Assembly: GCA_965242695.1 (NCBI GenBank)
Contig: CBDESU010000001.1
Coordinates: forward strand, 1,344,001-1,408,000
Source: Cenarchaeum sp.
GTDB taxonomy: Archaea > Thermoproteota > Nitrososphaeria > Nitrososphaerales > Nitrosopumilaceae
Direction of reading: 5' to 3'
Length of the DNA: 64,000 nucleotides
The position numbers were made by a program, and so were the translations under genes. Shown here one piece after another: positions 60,409-64,000 of the stretch (the first letter of the stretch is position 1; each line of letters begins with the position of its first letter). The notes under the pieces were generated by a model, which made no database searches, was not told where the DNA came from, and saw only the letters and a program-made list of their open reading frames with translations.

Positions 60409-62838
60409 TCAAAAGCCGCTATGCACGCGCTTCGGCGGCTTCCACGACGCCCTATCCTTCGCGGCAGGGGGCGCCCGAGCCGCGACAAGCAGGCGCTTCC
60501 AGAACGCGGCAAAGTCCTTGCCCTTGCCCGACTCGATCCGCTCCGCTATCAGCTTGACTGCGTTCGCGAGGGCCTCGGCTGTCTCGATGTCGGGAGGCGA
60601 CGGCACGGCCAGCACGTATGTCCCGTGCCTTTTGGCCGCCTCGAGGGCGTCGGGGCCGGCAATCCCGCCCGGCGCGGCGCGTCCCGGGCGGACGGCAATG
60701 GCGGCACGCTGGTCGTCCGGCACATCCACGCCGTCCAGCAGCGCGACCACGATCTCATGGGCGGGGCGCCTGAGCTTTTTTGCCTCGCCGTGAATTTTGG
60801 ATATCAGTGCCGGATCCTGCGCGTGCACTATGGCGACTGCGGGGTGAGCCTCGCCGCCGTCATCGTCGCCGTCGGGGTGGCGCCACACCGCGTTGCGGAT
60901 ATCGTCATCCTCCGCAAAGCGAAGTGAGCGCAGGTCGTCGCCGATCGTATCGGATACGTCCATGTCAAACCCGTCCTTCTCGAGGACCGCCGAGAGCAGA
61001 TCGACCGCGTGGCGGCGCAGCTCGCCGAGCGTGCTCCTTGCGTTAGACGTGTACTCCCTCAGCTTGTCGGGTTCGATGATTGGCGGGCCCTGCCGCCGCA
61101 GCGACGCACGGCACTGCCGCTCCTCCTCCGATACGCCGATCCTCACGACGGACCCGACGGCGTCGACCATGTCGTCTAGGCGCGAGTCGGCCGTGCCTAC
61201 CATGTACGGCGCCGCGCCGCCATCGACAAGATGGGTTTGCACGTTGGCAAAGTTGACCAGGGCCGCAATCATGCCGTCGTACGCGCGCTTGAACTCACTC
61301 TCTTCCTCCACGAACATCCCCTCTCCGGTGAACGACGGAAGCCTTCCGATCACCCGGTACGACTCGTCGTCCTCTGCCTTCAAGTAGCCCTCCCTTGCGA
61401 GCAGACGGAAGAGATCCTGCGCGGCGGATATCCCGTGTGCGCCAAGGGATTCCTTGTTCTCGCCAAGGGCGGCCACAATGTCCTTGACGACTATCGTCTC
61501 GCCGCGCAACGTCTGGGCCACTTCGGCTACGGCGTACATAGCATCGAGCATCTCGTCGTTGGCCATCTGCATGGACTGCGCGCCGTACGCCTTGCGCTTG
61601 TACACGGCCTCTATTGCCCGCTGCAGGTTGGCCTCTGTCCTCTCAGAGTCGTCTAGCGCGATCCGGACGAGCGGCCTGTCATCCCCGTCGGCGCCGACCC
61701 GGCGGTCTCGCAGGGCACCGTAGAGGCTGAAAAAATCCGTCTTCGACTTGTACCGCAGGCAGAGCTTGAAGTCGCTGTACGCCGCGCCGGCCGGCGCCCC
61801 GCCGTCGACTATGTCGTCTAGGAACCTGTCCATCTCGGAGAACAGGGGGCGCTTTATGAACAGTATTTCCGAGAACAGCGTGTGTTCGCGGCTACTCCTC
61901 TCCATCGCGCTACCTGCGTTGTCCGGCGCCGTGATGATCACGTACAGTGCGCTGCCCTGGTTGAGCAGCATCTTGAGGGGCTTTAGCACGTCGTAAAAGT
62001 CGCCGGCCTTGTCGAACTCGTCGAGTATGAAGACGATCTTGTGCCGCTTGCCCATCCTGCGCAGTAGATTCTCAAAGTCGTGCTGTACGTCGGCAGGGCC
62101 GTACACGCGCTTCCGGGTGCGGGTCGACGATGCGACTGTCCTCCTGTCCCACCCAAACTTGAAGGCGAACGGGAGCATGGAGGCCGGGGCGGCCGCCCAC
62201 GCGGGGTGGAGCGCATCCTGAAGGGCCCAGGCGGCCAGGGCCAGGGCCGACGCGGCTAGGGCCGACGCCGCGATTGGCACCGCATTGACGGAGAGCCAAC
62301 CCGTCCGGGTCTCGCTTCGCGAGGTCTCGGTGCTCTGCTCGGCAGCCGTCGCATTCTGGTGTAGATCGTCAGCCATGCGGCGCAGATCCCCGCCCATGCC
62401 GCCATTGGACTTTATCCGGGCGCGAAGCGCCCAGATCAGGTCCTGTATCAGGGCCCTGCCGGGCCGCTGCTCCTCCGTGTCCAGCGACGTGGCCCTGACC
62501 ATGATCGGCACGATCGCCCTGCCGTCCGCCGCCCGCCTCCGCGCCGCCCCGTTGGCCGCGTCGATTACGGAGCTTGTCTTGCCCGAGCCCCGGCGGCCGA
62601 CGACGAGCAGGGCGCCCGCATCGCGCCTGCCGATAAAGTCGGCAAGGGCCCTGCCGGCGTCCTCCCTGGCCACATGATGGCCGGCGCCGCCCTCTGTGCC
62701 GCCTCCGCCGTCGCCGTCGACTAGGCTCGGCTGGCGATCCCAGTCGATCTTGAGCGGGACGGCATCGGGTGCCCCTCCCGCCTCGGCGCCGGGCGCAGAA
62801 TCAGCGGGCAATGCAGGTCCGCCCCCCGAGCCGCGCAT
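60409..62838 (-). CDS. KAP-like P-loop NTPase with two internal TM helices (809 aa)
   Basis: Walker A GRRGSGKTS, hydrophobic insert (AVPIAASALAASALALAAWAL...MLPFAF), Walker B IVFILDEFD. Confidence 0.8.
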   Translation of the reverse strand: MRGSGGGPALPADSAPGAEAGGAPDAVPLKIDWDRQPSLVDGDGGGGTEGGAGHHVAREDAGRALADFIGRRDAGALLVVGRRGSGKTSSVIDAANGAARRRAADGRAIVPIMVRATSLDTEEQRPGRALIQDLIWALRARIKSNGGMGGDLRRMADDLHQNATAAEQSTETSRSETRTGWLSVNAVPIAASALAASALALAAWALQDALHPAWAAAPASMLPFAFKFGWDRRTVASSTRTRKRVYGPADVQHDFENLLRRMGKRHKIVFILDEFDKAGDFYDVLKPLKMLLNQGSALYVIITAPDNAGSAMERSSREHTLFSEILFIKRPLFSEMDRFLDDIVDGGAPAGAAYSDFKLCLRYKSKTDFFSLYGALRDRRVGADGDDRPLVRIALDDSERTEANLQRAIEAVYKRKAYGAQSMQMANDEMLDAMYAVAEVAQTLRGETIVVKDIVAALGENKESLGAHGISAAQDLFRLLAREGYLKAEDDESYRVIGRLPSFTGEGMFVEEESEFKRAYDGMIAALVNFANVQTHLVDGGAAPYMVGTADSRLDDMVDAVGSVVRIGVSEEERQCRASLRRQGPPIIEPDKLREYTSNARSTLGELRRHAVDLLSAVLEKDGFDMDVSDTIGDDLRSLRFAEDDDIRNAVWRHPDGDDDGGEAHPAVAIVHAQDPALISKIHGEAKKLRRPAHEIVVALLDGVDVPDDQRAAIAVRPGRAAPGGIAGPDALEAAKRHGTYVLAVPSPPDIETAEALANAVKLIAERIESGKGKDFAAFWKRLLVAARAPPAAKDRASWKPPKRVHSGF

Positions 62839-63439
62839 CTACGCACGCGATCATTATGCCTGCGGGGCGCTGCGGCGCTTTTTTGAGTGTTGGGAGCTCG
62901 ACGTAACCGGCAGGCGGCGTCAGGGGCTCGACGCGAATTGGGAGGCAGGGCGGGCAGAGTGCTCAAGACGTACCCGGACGCTCCCCATACGGCATGTGTG
63001 GCCGGCGCCCGCCACGGGCCGCCTGCGCGCCGCCGCCTGCATTGCGGGTGCGGCGGCGGGCCCGAGTGGACCAGGGCCTGCGACGAGCGGCTCGGGAAGG
63101 GTCGGCGCATCGCTCCCTGCAGGAGGTCGCATCGGGGCGCCCCGCCGCGGCACGGGCAGTCCGAACGCCGCCCTGCGCGGGCGGCAGATGCAGGCGGGTC
63201 GTGGACGTGTGGTGGGGGGGACGGCGGCGGGCTGTCCCCCTCCTCCGCTACCGGACGGGCGGGGCGAAGACGCCTCCCCCAATCCCGCCTAGGCTGGCAA
63301 GGGGGGATCGGAAAAGGCAGCAGGTGCAAGGTCCGGGCCCGAACCCTGCCGCGGGCGGGGGCATCGCGACAGGCTGCAGCCTGGTGGGCAGATCTGCACG
63401 GATCAAAAAATCGGGGGCGGCGGGGCGCGGGCAGCGCTG

Positions 63440-63697
63440 TCAGCACTGGAGCGTCCCGGCTTGCCTCTTTGCGTTGTTTTCCCACTGGAGCGGGCGCAGG
63501 TTGGGCAGATCGTCGCCGCCTCCCCTAGATACTGGCGTGATGTGGTCAATGTTCCACCCATACTCTGTTTGCTTGCCATATGCGGCCCTGTTGATGAACG
63601 ACCCGCAGGCGTCCCTGCGCCAGACGGCAGGGTCGTTCTGACTGTCCTTGCTTCCCTTTTCCCAGACTTGCTGGATGACGGTCTCTGAAAATACCAT
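63440..63697 (-). CDS. Small HNH endonuclease (85 aa)
   Basis: VWEKG...RDACG...YGWNIDHITPVSRGGGDDLPNLRPLQWENN; TTATA ~25 nt upstream. Confidence 0.9.
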   Translation of the reverse strand: MVFSETVIQQVWEKGSKDSQNDPAVWRRDACGSFINRAAYGKQTEYGWNIDHITPVSRGGGDDLPNLRPLQWENNAKRQAGTLQC

Positions 63698-64000
63698 GTC
63701 GGTGGCGGGCCGGGCGGGCGGCTATAACTGTTCCGCGGCGCCGCTCGGCACGCGCACACCCGAGAATGCCATGCAGATGCAGGGGCCACGCGCGATCTCG
63801 GGTAGCATTGCCAACCTGCGTGCCGCTCCTTGCGCCGGGGCTTGCTTGGGGGCCTCCACGCCCGCATTCAAGGCCGGGACGACAGCCGCATGCGCGGCTT
63901 GCCGGAGAGGGCCGGCATGCGCGGCTGACAGGCCGCATGCGCGGCGGCATCTTACAAAATCCGCACGCGGTGTCCCGCAGCAGCAGGCGGCCCTACGGAG

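Noticed and set aside
1-64000. tRNA, rRNA or an integrase-bearing provirus
   Set aside because: No cloverleaf/T-loop signature, rRNA conserved blocks, tyrosine/serine recombinase or capsid genes recognised.

Overview
GC-rich archaeal window, most consistent with a Nitrososphaerota (Nitrosopumilaceae/Cenarchaeum-like, probably host-associated) genome. This rests on TATA-like boxes ~25 nt upstream of many start codons (leaderless genes), a TIGR00300/Zn-dehydrogenase/lsrF cluster, a 'VPAWVK...GI' thaumarchaeal domain and CFI-box-CTERM tails. The first 7 kb is an IS cluster: an IS66 is nested inside an IS110, and an IS3-family element with a 4-bp TSD splits a previously unannotated proteasome-beta/Ntn-hydrolase-like gene (T1/D17/K32/G47 pattern) coupled to an alpha-helical repeat protein. 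Two giant secreted proteins (~2,800 and ~7,140 aa) fill about 30 kb and share a C-terminal domain ending in a GPS/ZU5-like HL-T-x-F motif. The 24-36 kb region is a toxin-antitoxin/defence-like accessory zone: MNT-HEPN, a duplicated 'unknown-unknown-PIN' module, an MTase-Mrr fusion, and a low-GC DUF4258-like/Zn-finger/unknown triad flanked by duplicated CFI-box tails. The right end holds a DUF4344-like metallopeptidase, two tandem oppositely charged ~40-aa micropeptides, a KAP-like NTPase and a small HNH nuclease. No rRNA, tRNA or CRISPR array was seen. Family assignments come from motif recognition by eye, not from database searches.
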